64,000 nt of DNA from Alphaproteobacteria bacterium (GCA_048463395.1 DBFWPL010000023.1:20583-84582), one strand, 5' to 3'; counted from the first letter of the stretch, positions 1 to 9,591 are shown. The notes: a model not told the origin generated them from the letters alone. A program made the numbers and translations.

Positions 1-327
1 TGCATCATCTCTGGCCACTTGAAGAGAAGCTTCATAATACTTCAAAGCCGCTGTATAATTGGCAGCATCAAAAGGAAATCCTGATCCTTTTGCATTTTTG
101 GAAACCAACGCATCGCCGATGTTATTATATGTCCAATACATCACCATATTTCGCTTTGTACTGTCATCCATCAAACAGTCTCGGGAACTAAAACAAAAAT
201 TAATAACGGCATCATAGGCCTTTATTTTTTCATCAAGGTTAGATGCCATGTCCGCGGCAGTATTCGCCACTCGATAAGCCTGAAGCAAATCTACCGGTTT
301 GGTTTTGATTCTCTCGTTGATTCTCAT
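1..327 (-). CDS. hypothetical protein, first 109 codons only (runs off window edge); helical, TPR-like
   Basis: Own translation. ATG at 327-325 has an AGAGGTGG SD-like element 5 nt upstream (revcomp of 333-340). Reads MRINERIKTKPVDLLQAYRVANTAADMASNLDEKIKAYDAV...ALKYYEASLQVARDDA with no stop down to position 1. Absent from the ORF track because it has no stop inside the window. Confidence 0.5.
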   Translation of the reverse strand, partial: MRINERIKTKPVDLLQAYRVANTAADMASNLDEKIKAYDAVINFCFSSRDCLMDDSTKRNMVMYWTYNNIGDALVSKNAKGSGFPFDAANYTAALKYYEASLQVARDDA

Positions 328-350
328 TGCAACCACCTCTATAGGATTTT

Positions 351-635
351 TTAATTAAGACCACCGGTTTTAAGACAATAATCTTCTTTTTTCAGATTAT
401 ACTTGGCATGAACTTCACAGTCTTCACAAAGACAGCCTTTGTCCTCATGAATACAATGGCTCTTATCAAAAGCACAATACATGCCTTCAAAATGCTCGGC
501 ATCCTCAAATCCTTCCATCAATTTGTAAAGATTGGAAGCCATGTTTTTGATTTTGCATCCGGTTGTATAAGACGGACAATGCATACACTGGCATAATTTC
601 AGGTTTTCTTTGCTTTTTTCAACTTGCATATTCAT
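351..635 (-). CDS. small cysteine-rich protein, DUF2769-like
   Basis: 94 aa. The pattern CQCMHCPSY..GC...YCAFDKSHC...GCLCEDCEV...YCLKTG matches the Cys spacing I recall for DUF2769. Confidence 0.65.
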   Translation of the reverse strand: MNMQVEKSKENLKLCQCMHCPSYTTGCKIKNMASNLYKLMEGFEDAEHFEGMYCAFDKSHCIHEDKGCLCEDCEVHAKYNLKKEDYCLKTGGLN

Positions 636-710
636 ACTCCTTTATTTGTTTTACCACTAATAAAGAAGTATGCTTGATTTGCCTGAAAACAATTAGTCAA
701 TTAGGATTAG

Positions 711-998
711 TCAAACTCTTTTAAAAACGCCGTCCGCAATCGGAGGAAGGAAACCGCTCAACCGCCCGACCACAAAATTAACACTGTCTACCCGAGCTAA
801 TGCCGGCCCCGTATGACAAGCTAAAATCATCTTGTCGATGCGAGTTTCTTCTCCCCTCATCAAGATTTCCACACTGCCGTCGCTTTCATTGTGAACCCAG
901 CCGGAAATACCTCCGATCTCCTGAGCTTTTTTCACGGCCCAATAACGAAACCCGATACCTTGAACTCTGCCCTTAATTTTTATATAAACTTCTTTCAT
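711..998 (-). CDS. acyP: acylphosphatase
   Basis: 95 aa with the VQGIGFRYW signature and GWVHNESDGSVE. Size is typical of the family. Confidence 0.85.
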   Translation of the reverse strand: MKEVYIKIKGRVQGIGFRYWAVKKAQEIGGISGWVHNESDGSVEILMRGEETRIDKMILACHTGPALARVDSVNFVVGRLSGFLPPIADGVFKRV

Positions 999-1492
999 TT
1001 ATTCAAAAAAGCCTCAATATCGGACAATTCTTTTTTTATGACTTCACGACGTTTAACCGCCACTTCATCCGAACCCCATTTTTCATTTTGCCACAACTCA
1101 TCCAGAAACGCAGCTTGAAAAGCCTCTTCCGCAGTTATCTTTCCTTTAACCATCGCCATTGCCAACAATACGGATTTCATATTCAACGCAGCCGAGTAGA
1201 AAGCCGCTAATTCCTTATCGGAAAGACTTTCGAGAAAAACTTTCAACTGATAAGCAGATTCTTTGCTCCCTTCCGGAATGTCCAGCATATTCGTATGCTT
1301 AAACTCTGCATGAATAACCTCATTCGCCCAACGGATAATCGGGGACCAGACTTTTTCTTGTCTGGAAACAAGTTCTTGGTCTGTTCCCCAAAAAAGCAGC
1401 AAATCTGTTTCCGAAAACTGGACCAGCCTGCTTATTATTCCCTCTCTATGAAGTCTTACATCCTCAACGGCTCCGTCCAGATAGTGCATCAT
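995..1492 (-). CDS. ATP12-family F1-ATPase assembly chaperone (short form)
   Basis: The C-terminal motifs TDLLLFW, ELVSRQEKVWSPIIRWA and FLDELWQNEKWGSDEVAVKRR match the alphaproteobacterial ATP12 family. It is only 165 aa and starts directly after the asmA stop. Confidence 0.7.
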   Translation of the reverse strand: MMHYLDGAVEDVRLHREGIISRLVQFSETDLLLFWGTDQELVSRQEKVWSPIIRWANEVIHAEFKHTNMLDIPEGSKESAYQLKVFLESLSDKELAAFYSAALNMKSVLLAMAMVKGKITAEEAFQAAFLDELWQNEKWGSDEVAVKRREVIKKELSDIEAFLNK

Positions 1493-3616
1493 TTAGTTCC
1501 CTTTCTTTTTGTTACGAAAAATATCAATAATATCTTGTCCCGTTTTTTTCAAATCCTTAATCCCCTGATTAACAACGGCAGATGTGTCTTTATAAATATT
1601 CTGCCCTGTGGCCTGAACACCTTTCGGCTTCGGGAAACGGGAAGCATAAGGGGTTCCCTGCAAAGCCGTATAACAAGGCGAGCCGTCAGCATCAAAAGCC
1701 AGCTGTGTTCCTAAGAACACCGGACCTGCGGCAGCCACGCCGACAATCGTTTTAATTGCTTGTTTATCATCTATCGCAATAGAAGGCTTGTCTAAAGTCC
1801 CCTTAATTTTTACAAAAGAAGACAAAGCCTGCGTAATATTTGTATCAACCAACTTTCCGCTGAACGGACGAATACTGAAGTCAATCTTGTCATTAACCAA
1901 ATTAATGCTGCCGTCGCTGACAATCGTCAACTGTGCCGCATTAAAAACGATTCCATTCGGGAACAAAGCTTTGCCGCTCCCCAAATCCGTTCTGATTACT
2001 CCACATTTCAAATCAATTTCCTGACTTTTGCTTTGATTCAGTTTCAGAGCATCTAAAATCTGGGTAATGAAATTTCCTTCCAAAAATTTCAGAGTACCGG
2101 AATTGACTTTCGATTCTCCGACAATAGCTATTACCTGTCCTTTCAAGGATTCGCTCATACGGCGGTAAGTCGCTCCGCTTCCGGAAACATCAACATACAA
2201 ATCCACGTTTCCGCCGGAAACAATACCAAAATCATTCTTATTCTCAACAACAAATTCTTTGTGTAAATTCTGCAAAAGCATGTTTTTGCTGTCAGCTTTC
2301 AACGTCATGGTTTGATTATTGGCATTAATCTTCAAATCGGCATTAATATCTCCGCCGCCAAAATTAAGCTTCAACGGATTAACCGTCAAAACCCCGTTTT
2401 GCAAAACCGCTCCGACGACCAGATTTTGAGCAGACATTCCCGGCTCAATAACCAATTCTTTCACATTCAAATTAAGCTTGGCATTAAGCGTTTTCATGAC
2501 GGAATAAGGAATTGCCGCATCCGGAACCATGGTTACCGCCTGAGCCTCGCTGATTAAAGACGGAAACTCAAAGGCAAAATTGCTGTTCTGGCTGAAATTA
2601 GCCAAATTGATTTTATTGCTTTTCAAATCTGCGACAATACTCGGAACTTTACCGGACAAATCGGCAGAAACCGTCCCCGTAATCAAATTATTGACAATAT
2701 TCAAAGTCTGAATATCTGCCTTCACTTTGGTCAAATTACCCTCAACGGCGGTTTTAAGCGTCGTTTCCGGAGCCCCGAAATTTCCGGCAGGATTATAAAT
2801 ATTGGCATTAAAAGCAAAAGCCGGTGTACCAAACATATCAACAACATGTCCGGCCATTTCCGCATCGACATTAAATACATTAACGCTCAATGAAAACGGA
2901 TAAGCATCTTCCCCGGAAAGCAGTGAATTCAAAGAACCTAAAATAACATTTCCCGTTACTTTGTCGTTATTGTAAACAACATTAAATTCTGCCGTCAAAT
3001 CACTGTCCATGCTTTCTGCCGACATTCTGATATTATTGATAACCAAATTAATATCCTGTTTTGCCTGCAAATCGCTATAATGAACCACCCCGTTGTCAAT
3101 TGAAACATTTTTGGCGGCAAATCCGGCTAAAGCGGCAGCCACAGGCACTGCTTTTTTATCAGCAACAGGAACAGAAGAAGAAACATTTTTAACATCGGCT
3201 TTTACAACCGGTTTATTCTTGGAAAAATCCCAGTTTGCTCTTCCGTCTGCGGCAACTTCCAGAAAAACTTCCGGTCCGTCGAGAAGAACCTTATCAATAA
3301 CAATTTGTTTTTTGAACAACGGAGCCAAAGCAAACTTAACTTCCAGAGATTTAACTTTAATCATCTGCGGAGCAGAAGCCCATTCCGCATTTGCCAATTC
3401 CACATCATTAATGATAATTGTCGGAACCAGAGAAATCCCTATGCTGGCATCACCGTTGATGGAAAGCTTGCGACCCAGTTCTTTCTCCACCAATTCCGCC
3501 GCATAAGATTTATATTTGTTTAAGTCAAAACTGTGAATAAAGTAATATCCCGGAATACCAACCAGAATAACCAGACCCAAAAATACAACACCTGCAACTT
3601 TCAAAAATCTTCTCAT
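1493..3616 (-). CDS. AsmA-family outer-membrane assembly protein
   Basis: 707 aa. N-terminal anchor MRRFLKVAGVVFLGLVILVGIPGYYF, then a long beta-rich repetitive body and an AsmA-like C-terminus. Confidence 0.75.
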   Translation of the reverse strand: MRRFLKVAGVVFLGLVILVGIPGYYFIHSFDLNKYKSYAAELVEKELGRKLSINGDASIGISLVPTIIINDVELANAEWASAPQMIKVKSLEVKFALAPLFKKQIVIDKVLLDGPEVFLEVAADGRANWDFSKNKPVVKADVKNVSSSVPVADKKAVPVAAALAGFAAKNVSIDNGVVHYSDLQAKQDINLVINNIRMSAESMDSDLTAEFNVVYNNDKVTGNVILGSLNSLLSGEDAYPFSLSVNVFNVDAEMAGHVVDMFGTPAFAFNANIYNPAGNFGAPETTLKTAVEGNLTKVKADIQTLNIVNNLITGTVSADLSGKVPSIVADLKSNKINLANFSQNSNFAFEFPSLISEAQAVTMVPDAAIPYSVMKTLNAKLNLNVKELVIEPGMSAQNLVVGAVLQNGVLTVNPLKLNFGGGDINADLKINANNQTMTLKADSKNMLLQNLHKEFVVENKNDFGIVSGGNVDLYVDVSGSGATYRRMSESLKGQVIAIVGESKVNSGTLKFLEGNFITQILDALKLNQSKSQEIDLKCGVIRTDLGSGKALFPNGIVFNAAQLTIVSDGSINLVNDKIDFSIRPFSGKLVDTNITQALSSFVKIKGTLDKPSIAIDDKQAIKTIVGVAAAGPVFLGTQLAFDADGSPCYTALQGTPYASRFPKPKGVQATGQNIYKDTSAVVNQGIKDLKKTGQDIIDIFRNKKKGN

Positions 3617-3620
3617 TTTT

Positions 3621-4553
3621 CTATCCTTTAAAATTTATTCCGACGGCTTTCAAACTTTGTTTAAAATGCTCCGGAAGCTCGGCCTTTATTTCCAGATGTT
3701 TATTATATATAGCCGATAAATCAATTTTGTATGCATGTAGATGAAGTTTATCTGATAATTGTGAAAATCTTTGTCTTTCCAAACCAAAATAACGGTCATC
3801 TCCCAAAATCGGAGCCCCTATATACTCTAAATGAGCCCTGATTTGGTGGGTTCTCCCCGTCAAAGGAGATGCTTCAACCAAAGCAAATTTCTCACCGACA
3901 TTATCCAAAACCCGATAAGTCGTAACCGCTTTTTTACCGCCATCGGAGACCAAGCTTTTCTCGCCGACTTTCTCAAGCGGAGCTTTAATTTCTCCGGATT
4001 CCTTTTTCGGACAACCGATTGTCAAAGCCAAATACGTCTTTTGCAAATCATGCTCTCTGAACGCTTTGGTCAAAACTTCGGCAGATTTTCTGTTTCTGGC
4101 CAAAACCAAAACCCCGCTAGTATCTTTATCGATTCGGTGAACAAGCTTGGGCTTTTCTTCCGCCTCAAAACACAAAGCTTCCAACATACCGTCAATATGC
4201 CGCACGGTATTGGTGCCGCCCTGCACAGCCAAACCGGACGGCTTATTCAAAACAATAATATCCTTATCTTTGTATATGACCAACGACAGAATAAACTCGG
4301 CATCTTTGGCGGAAACAGCTTTCTGACGAACATCCGCCCGTTTTTCATTATCTAACGGCGGAACCCGAACTTCCTGACCGGCAGAAAGTTTTAACGACGC
4401 TTCGGCCTTTTGCCCGTCCACTTTGATTTGCTTGGTCCGCAGCAACTTTTGAAAACGCCCTAAACTCAAGCCGGGATAATACTTCAAAAACCAACGGTTC
4501 AAACGCATTCCGTCGTCTTCCGTTTTCACTTTTTTTATTTCGACACCCGCCAT
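3621..4553 (-). CDS. rluC: 23S rRNA pseudouridine synthase, RluA family (RluC-like) with S4 domain
   Basis: N-terminal S4-like RLNRWFLKYYPGLSLGRFQKLLRTKQIKVDG and the catalytic HRIDKDTSGVLVLA motif. Confidence 0.85.
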   Translation of the reverse strand: MAGVEIKKVKTEDDGMRLNRWFLKYYPGLSLGRFQKLLRTKQIKVDGQKAEASLKLSAGQEVRVPPLDNEKRADVRQKAVSAKDAEFILSLVIYKDKDIIVLNKPSGLAVQGGTNTVRHIDGMLEALCFEAEEKPKLVHRIDKDTSGVLVLARNRKSAEVLTKAFREHDLQKTYLALTIGCPKKESGEIKAPLEKVGEKSLVSDGGKKAVTTYRVLDNVGEKFALVEASPLTGRTHQIRAHLEYIGAPILGDDRYFGLERQRFSQLSDKLHLHAYKIDLSAIYNKHLEIKAELPEHFKQSLKAVGINFKG

Positions 4554-4594
4554 AATTCTGCTTTCCTCTCTAAAAAATACAATATTTTCCCGAT

Positions 4595-5905
4595 TTAAGC
4601 TTTTTTCTTTTTCTGTTTTTCGATTCGCAAATTATCAAAGTAATCTATTCGTTTCTTGACCTCCCGCTCAAACCCTCGGTCAACCGGATAATAAAGCTTC
4701 ACCCGGCTCATTCCGTCCGGAAAATAATTGGCACCGGAAAAACCGTCTTCACAATCCGGATCATATTCATAACCTTCGTTATACCCCAGCTGTTTCATCA
4801 ATTTGGTCGGAGCATTGAGAATATTTTTCGGCGGCATTAAAGATCCTGTCTTCCGAGCCAGTTCCCGAGCCTTGTGCATAGCTTTGTAAACCGCAGCAGA
4901 CTTCGGAGCCGTGGCTAAATAGACGGTTAATTGCATCAATGCCAAATCACCTTCCGGAGAACCTAAACGCTCATAAGTATCCCAACATGAAATTGCCTGA
5001 TTAACAGCATTCGGATCAGCCAGAGAAACATCTTCCACCGCAAAACGCGTCAACCGGCGAAGCAGATATTTCGGATCTTCTCCCGCTTCCAACATTCTTG
5101 CCACCCAATAGAGAGCCGCATCTACATCTGAACCTCGCAAGGATTTGTGAACCGCGGAAATCAGATTATAATGTCCGTCCCGCCCCTTGTCATACACCGG
5201 AGCTCGGGAACGAATAATTTTGACAATACTGTCCTTGTCAAAAATTTCCTTATCTTTGGCATAAGCAAAAACACTTTCCGCCAAATTCAAAAGATAACGT
5301 CCGTCACCGTCAGCCGTATCTTTCATAAACATTCGGGCTTCTTCATCCACCGGAAGCTTTCTTCCCGTTTCTCTTTCAACTCGTTGCAACAGTTCTTCAA
5401 AATCATCGGCATTCAAACGATTAAGAACAAAAACCTGACAACGGGAAAGCAAAGCGGCGTTAAGTTCAAATGACGGATTTTCTGTCGTTGCACCAACTAA
5501 AATAATCGTTCCGTCTTCCACATACGGCAAAAAACCGTCCTGCTGTGATTTATTAAAGCGATGAATTTCATCCACGAACAACAAAGTGCCTTTACCCTGT
5601 GTCGCTCTTCTGTCCTGTGCATATTGGAACACTCTTTTCAAATCGGCTACACCGGAGAACACTGCCGAAATTTGCTCAAAATACAGATTCGTATTTTCGG
5701 CAATCAATCGGGCAATGGTCGTTTTTCCGCACCCCGGAGGTCCCCAAAGAATAAACGACGAAATTTTTCCGGACTTAATCATTCTCCCCAACGGAGCATC
5801 ATCACCAATAATATGGTTTTGCCCGACAACTTCCTGCAAAGTCTGCGGACGCATTCTGTCAGCCAAAGGCCTTTTAACCTGTGATGAAAATAACGTTTCT
5901 TCCAT
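4595..5905 (-). CDS. rarA: replication-associated recombination protein A (AAA+ ATPase MgsA/RarA)
   Basis: Walker A GPPGCGKTT, Walker B LFVDEIHRFNKSQQD and the MgsA C-terminal YxYxH-like region YEYDPD. Confidence 0.93.
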   Translation of the reverse strand: MEETLFSSQVKRPLADRMRPQTLQEVVGQNHIIGDDAPLGRMIKSGKISSFILWGPPGCGKTTIARLIAENTNLYFEQISAVFSGVADLKRVFQYAQDRRATQGKGTLLFVDEIHRFNKSQQDGFLPYVEDGTIILVGATTENPSFELNAALLSRCQVFVLNRLNADDFEELLQRVERETGRKLPVDEEARMFMKDTADGDGRYLLNLAESVFAYAKDKEIFDKDSIVKIIRSRAPVYDKGRDGHYNLISAVHKSLRGSDVDAALYWVARMLEAGEDPKYLLRRLTRFAVEDVSLADPNAVNQAISCWDTYERLGSPEGDLALMQLTVYLATAPKSAAVYKAMHKARELARKTGSLMPPKNILNAPTKLMKQLGYNEGYEYDPDCEDGFSGANYFPDGMSRVKLYYPVDRGFEREVKKRIDYFDNLRIEKQKKKKA

Positions 5906-5956
5906 TTTCCGATTCTTTCAAACAATGCCGCTATATTAACAGAAAGCTTTGAAAAT

Positions 5957-7228
5957 TTACAGCTCTTTTCCCATAGATTTCAGCATTTTCTTCCGAACGG
6001 CATCTTTTGAAATTTCAAAACGTTTCTTCTTGGCATACAATCTGCCCCGAGCATTGCATTTTTCGTACATTCGCCGGAAACAAGCCACTTCTCGGGAAAT
6101 TTCCGGATTATCATTTTCATTAAAACAATGCCAAAGTTCGGCCAACGTCGTTGAGTTCTGCAAATCGTTATAAAAATCCAAAAGACAATCGCCCTTGGTC
6201 CAAACCGTATTTTTTTGAGCTTCGGCATATTCAGGATACCATTCAAACCCCTGACCGTCTTTCGAAACATCATCATCAAAATAAAAATAATTCAAAAACT
6301 GTTCCTTGTTATAACCATGCCGGCTTACCTGTTTTTCCGTATATGTAACCAACTTTTCAAAATCAGGACGCATATCTTCCGTCATAAAATCCCGACGCAC
6401 GTTTTCCATACCTCGTTGTTCCCAATTTTCCAACATCCTTACCAAAATCGGATAAGTATTGTAAAAAGCGTCATAGGTTCCGGCACCTTCAACAAACTTT
6501 CGCTTGGAAGCTTTCAACAGCAGTTCCTTATTTCTGTCATAATCTTCAGGCGAAAGTTTTAACAAAACACAGGCAAAAGCAAAAATATCAGCATGAGCCT
6601 CTGTCTGATACATATGAAAAATCTCTGCTTCCCGAAAATTTTTCTTTTCTTCCGCCGATATTGTTTCTCCGGCCGATTCTTTATCGGCATAGTCTATTAC
6701 TTGCTGTTTAAACCCGCTAAAACAATTATACCTTTTTTGCAGCACATGACAGGCTTCATGATAAACCGTTTCTGCAGAAAAAAGCGGAGTAGCTTGAGAC
6801 GGAGACCATAAAATTATCGATTCGCCGCAGCCGGAAGAAAAACACCTGCCGACAAAATTTCCGCCGATTCCCTTAACATATTTGGTGTATCGCATTTCTC
6901 CGTTTTCATCAAAACAACACACGGAAGCATTTTCAAGAACAGCCGGTGTCTTGGCTCCGAAAAGAGCGTAACACTTGTTCAAAAAATATGCGGTATCATA
7001 ACTCTTTTTTCTTAGCCCGCAGCCGTCTCTCTGAATCATCTTGTCATAATTAACAAACAACGTTTGAAAGTCTGCATTGTTACAAAGCATTTCTATTTGT
7101 TTCAAATCTTCCGAAACAAAAGTTTCAACTTCCTCAGCAAACTTGGAAACATGACAAAAAGGATAACAGCCCTGTTTGATATAGGCTTTAATATCTTCTG
7201 TTATTTGCTTTTTTGTATAATCAAACAT
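5957..7228 (-). CDS. hypothetical protein with HExxH zincin-like motif
   Basis: 423 aa. HEACH lies at nt 6746-6760 within AETVYHEACHVLQ, and a candidate third ligand EAHAD lies about 45 aa downstream. I recognise no family. Last gene of the operon, 8 nt after the VirD4/TraG-type coupling protein (T4CP) stop. Confidence 0.7.
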   Translation of the reverse strand: MFDYTKKQITEDIKAYIKQGCYPFCHVSKFAEEVETFVSEDLKQIEMLCNNADFQTLFVNYDKMIQRDGCGLRKKSYDTAYFLNKCYALFGAKTPAVLENASVCCFDENGEMRYTKYVKGIGGNFVGRCFSSGCGESIILWSPSQATPLFSAETVYHEACHVLQKRYNCFSGFKQQVIDYADKESAGETISAEEKKNFREAEIFHMYQTEAHADIFAFACVLLKLSPEDYDRNKELLLKASKRKFVEGAGTYDAFYNTYPILVRMLENWEQRGMENVRRDFMTEDMRPDFEKLVTYTEKQVSRHGYNKEQFLNYFYFDDDVSKDGQGFEWYPEYAEAQKNTVWTKGDCLLDFYNDLQNSTTLAELWHCFNENDNPEISREVACFRRMYEKCNARGRLYAKKKRFEISKDAVRKKMLKSMGKEL

Positions 7229-7236
7229 TTAACGAA

Positions 7237-9579
7237 CTATTTGTTAAAAGGATTTTCTGAAGAAGAATCAGAAACGGAAAAAGCCTCTTCTTCCAACCAC
7301 CAGTCTCCGTCTTTTCCCGGAGTAACTTCTCGAAGCTCTTTCTTTTGATAAGCCTGCCAACGTGAAGAAATATCATCAACCATCACACTTTGTTCGTCCG
7401 GAGTTTCCTGCATATTTTCAACCATTTCATCATACCTGTCTTCCAGATAATTATCAATGTCTTCTTCCTTATTAACGGAAATTCCCCCGTCTTTGAGCAC
7501 ATCAAGCAGCTGCGGAATCTCTATATCCTGAGGATTCCGTTTCTCAACAACTTTTTCATCCAAAAGATAACAACTGTCCAAAGCGGCCTTGCTTTTTAAG
7601 CTTTCGTCTTTCAAAAAGAACATTGAATTGACTTTAATCGGCAAATGATAAAAACCTTCCGCCAATAACAAATGCTGTCCTTTTTTTACCTCGGAAAAAC
7701 GAGACCTGTGCAATAACCCCTGAGCAATGCGATGATAATAATTGGCATCTGCCAAACCTTTCCTGACCTTATAAAAAGCTCCGGTATCGACAGAGGGGAT
7801 TTGCACCGATTTCGTCCCGTAAACCGCCAGCTTGTTAAAATGCTCTCCCAACCGCTGATTGTTCTCGGCAAACATTAATTTATACGAAGTCGCACTGATT
7901 ATCTCTTCCAAACCTTCAACACCGTAATTGTTTTGAATATTTTTCAAACCGTCCGTTAACAATAAAAAGGACATATTTCGATCCGGACCATGAGTAAGCC
8001 CTTCCGATAACTGAGTGAATTTCGGCAACCGTTCAAAATCATCCATAACAAACATTAATGGAATCTCTTGACCCTCATTTTCCTGAAGATTTTTTTCAAT
8101 CAGCATATCAACAAAAAACTTAACCATAAACGCGGATGAACGACTGTCTGCAACCGTATAGAGAGTAACCGGCTGCGTTTTTCCTGTTTTGGAAACCATC
8201 CCCCGTACCTGATTAAGAGAAATATCACTCAATGAAGTCCGTTCCCTGACCGAATTTTTTCGAAAAACCGACAACGGAGCCAACATTAAGGTAAAAATAA
8301 TTTTTCTCTGCTTGCGGGAAAGATAATATAAATGCTGCATAATCTGCACCGCTCGGGAATTATAGCCGAAGAAAACCGCTTCATTTAAAAGCTCTCCCAA
8401 CAAAATTTTCCACCCTCCGGCTTTTTCCGGATCATCATTTTGCATAACCCTAAAATATCGCTGAATCAAACAATCGGAAAACATTGCCAAACTAAATTCT
8501 TTTCCCTGCCAAGATACCGGAACGTTTTCCCAACTCCCGATCGGAAGATAATTATCAATATTCAACGTTCCCTCGTTCAAATGTCTGATTACCGATTCGG
8601 TATATTTCCTCGGCATAAGAGCATAATAGCTGAGTAATATATCTTTGTCTTCGGGAGATAATTTTCCCTTGTCCAAAAGCTCGCTCAAAAAATAATCATT
8701 GGCACAAGCCTGATCTATTTTTGAACTGTAAAATTGCAGCAACCCTTCCATTGCGGCACAAGCCATTTTCTCCCAATAATTATCTTTTTGTTTTGGCAAC
8801 AAATATTGGGCAATTCCGGAAAGATATTTATCCCGTTCTTCTCCTTTGGGCGGCATTTCCTTTTCAGACAAAGGATTCCATCTGGGCCAATATTCACCTT
8901 TTACCGGATTATCCGTTAATCCCCAATTAAAATAAAACACCTTTCCCAATTGGGAACGATACCCGCTGGTATATTTTACCAAAGCCCCGCTGCACTCAAC
9001 GGAAACGATACTCGCTTTATCGCTTTCTAAAATAGACGGAATGGCAACTGCCGTCGTTTTTCCCAGTCCGGGAGCCCCCCATACAAATACGGATAGCGAT
9101 TTTTTCAACTTGAGGACACTGCCTTGAAATCGTCCCAAAACCATCAGGAAACCGGAAAGGATTCCCATTAGTTTAACATCTTCCAATTTTGCATAACGAT
9201 TATTCAAACGGTACCACAAAACAAAGGAATAAGGACTTTTAACATACGAACCATAAACAATGATACAAAAAAGCAACAGCGGAATCACCGGTACAAACGA
9301 CGCCGCCCGCAGCTGTGAAAAACGAAAAGCCAAGGAAAAAACCCGCCACCACTCTGCATAAGCCGTAAACAAAAACAACGGCTCATGAAACAACCTTAAA
9401 ATAAAATCGCCGATTTGATTAATCGTAACCTTACTGATGCCTTCCTGCATCAAATGAGCTATGGAAAGACAAAACACTCCGGAAATATAAAAACAAACAA
9501 AAGCCCAAAGCAAAAGCAAAAATACCCATAAAAAAAATCCTTTCTGATTTTTATCTAAAGTATATGCTTTTTCAATCAT
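7237..9579 (-). CDS. type IV secretion coupling protein, VirD4/TraG family (orphan)
   Basis: 780 aa with N-terminal TM helices. Walker A GAPGLGKTT (nt 9052-9078) sits in the VirD4-like context ...SVFVWGAPGLGKTTAVAIPSILESDKASIVSVECSG..GKVFYFNW..WNPL. Walker B is LMFVMDDFERLP (about 8032-8062). The C-terminal tail is acidic. Confidence 0.85.
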   Translation of the reverse strand: MIEKAYTLDKNQKGFFLWVFLLLLWAFVCFYISGVFCLSIAHLMQEGISKVTINQIGDFILRLFHEPLFLFTAYAEWWRVFSLAFRFSQLRAASFVPVIPLLLFCIIVYGSYVKSPYSFVLWYRLNNRYAKLEDVKLMGILSGFLMVLGRFQGSVLKLKKSLSVFVWGAPGLGKTTAVAIPSILESDKASIVSVECSGALVKYTSGYRSQLGKVFYFNWGLTDNPVKGEYWPRWNPLSEKEMPPKGEERDKYLSGIAQYLLPKQKDNYWEKMACAAMEGLLQFYSSKIDQACANDYFLSELLDKGKLSPEDKDILLSYYALMPRKYTESVIRHLNEGTLNIDNYLPIGSWENVPVSWQGKEFSLAMFSDCLIQRYFRVMQNDDPEKAGGWKILLGELLNEAVFFGYNSRAVQIMQHLYYLSRKQRKIIFTLMLAPLSVFRKNSVRERTSLSDISLNQVRGMVSKTGKTQPVTLYTVADSRSSAFMVKFFVDMLIEKNLQENEGQEIPLMFVMDDFERLPKFTQLSEGLTHGPDRNMSFLLLTDGLKNIQNNYGVEGLEEIISATSYKLMFAENNQRLGEHFNKLAVYGTKSVQIPSVDTGAFYKVRKGLADANYYHRIAQGLLHRSRFSEVKKGQHLLLAEGFYHLPIKVNSMFFLKDESLKSKAALDSCYLLDEKVVEKRNPQDIEIPQLLDVLKDGGISVNKEEDIDNYLEDRYDEMVENMQETPDEQSVMVDDISSRWQAYQKKELREVTPGKDGDWWLEEEAFSVSDSSSENPFNK

Positions 9580-9591
9580 TTATCCGAACCT

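Noticed and set aside
5980-6562. Alternative ORFs (99 aa on the minus strand, 115 aa on the plus strand) overlapping the HExxH gene.
   Set aside because: Both lie fully inside the longer 423-aa frame, which has coherent composition. The alternatives are low-complexity and lack SD sequences.
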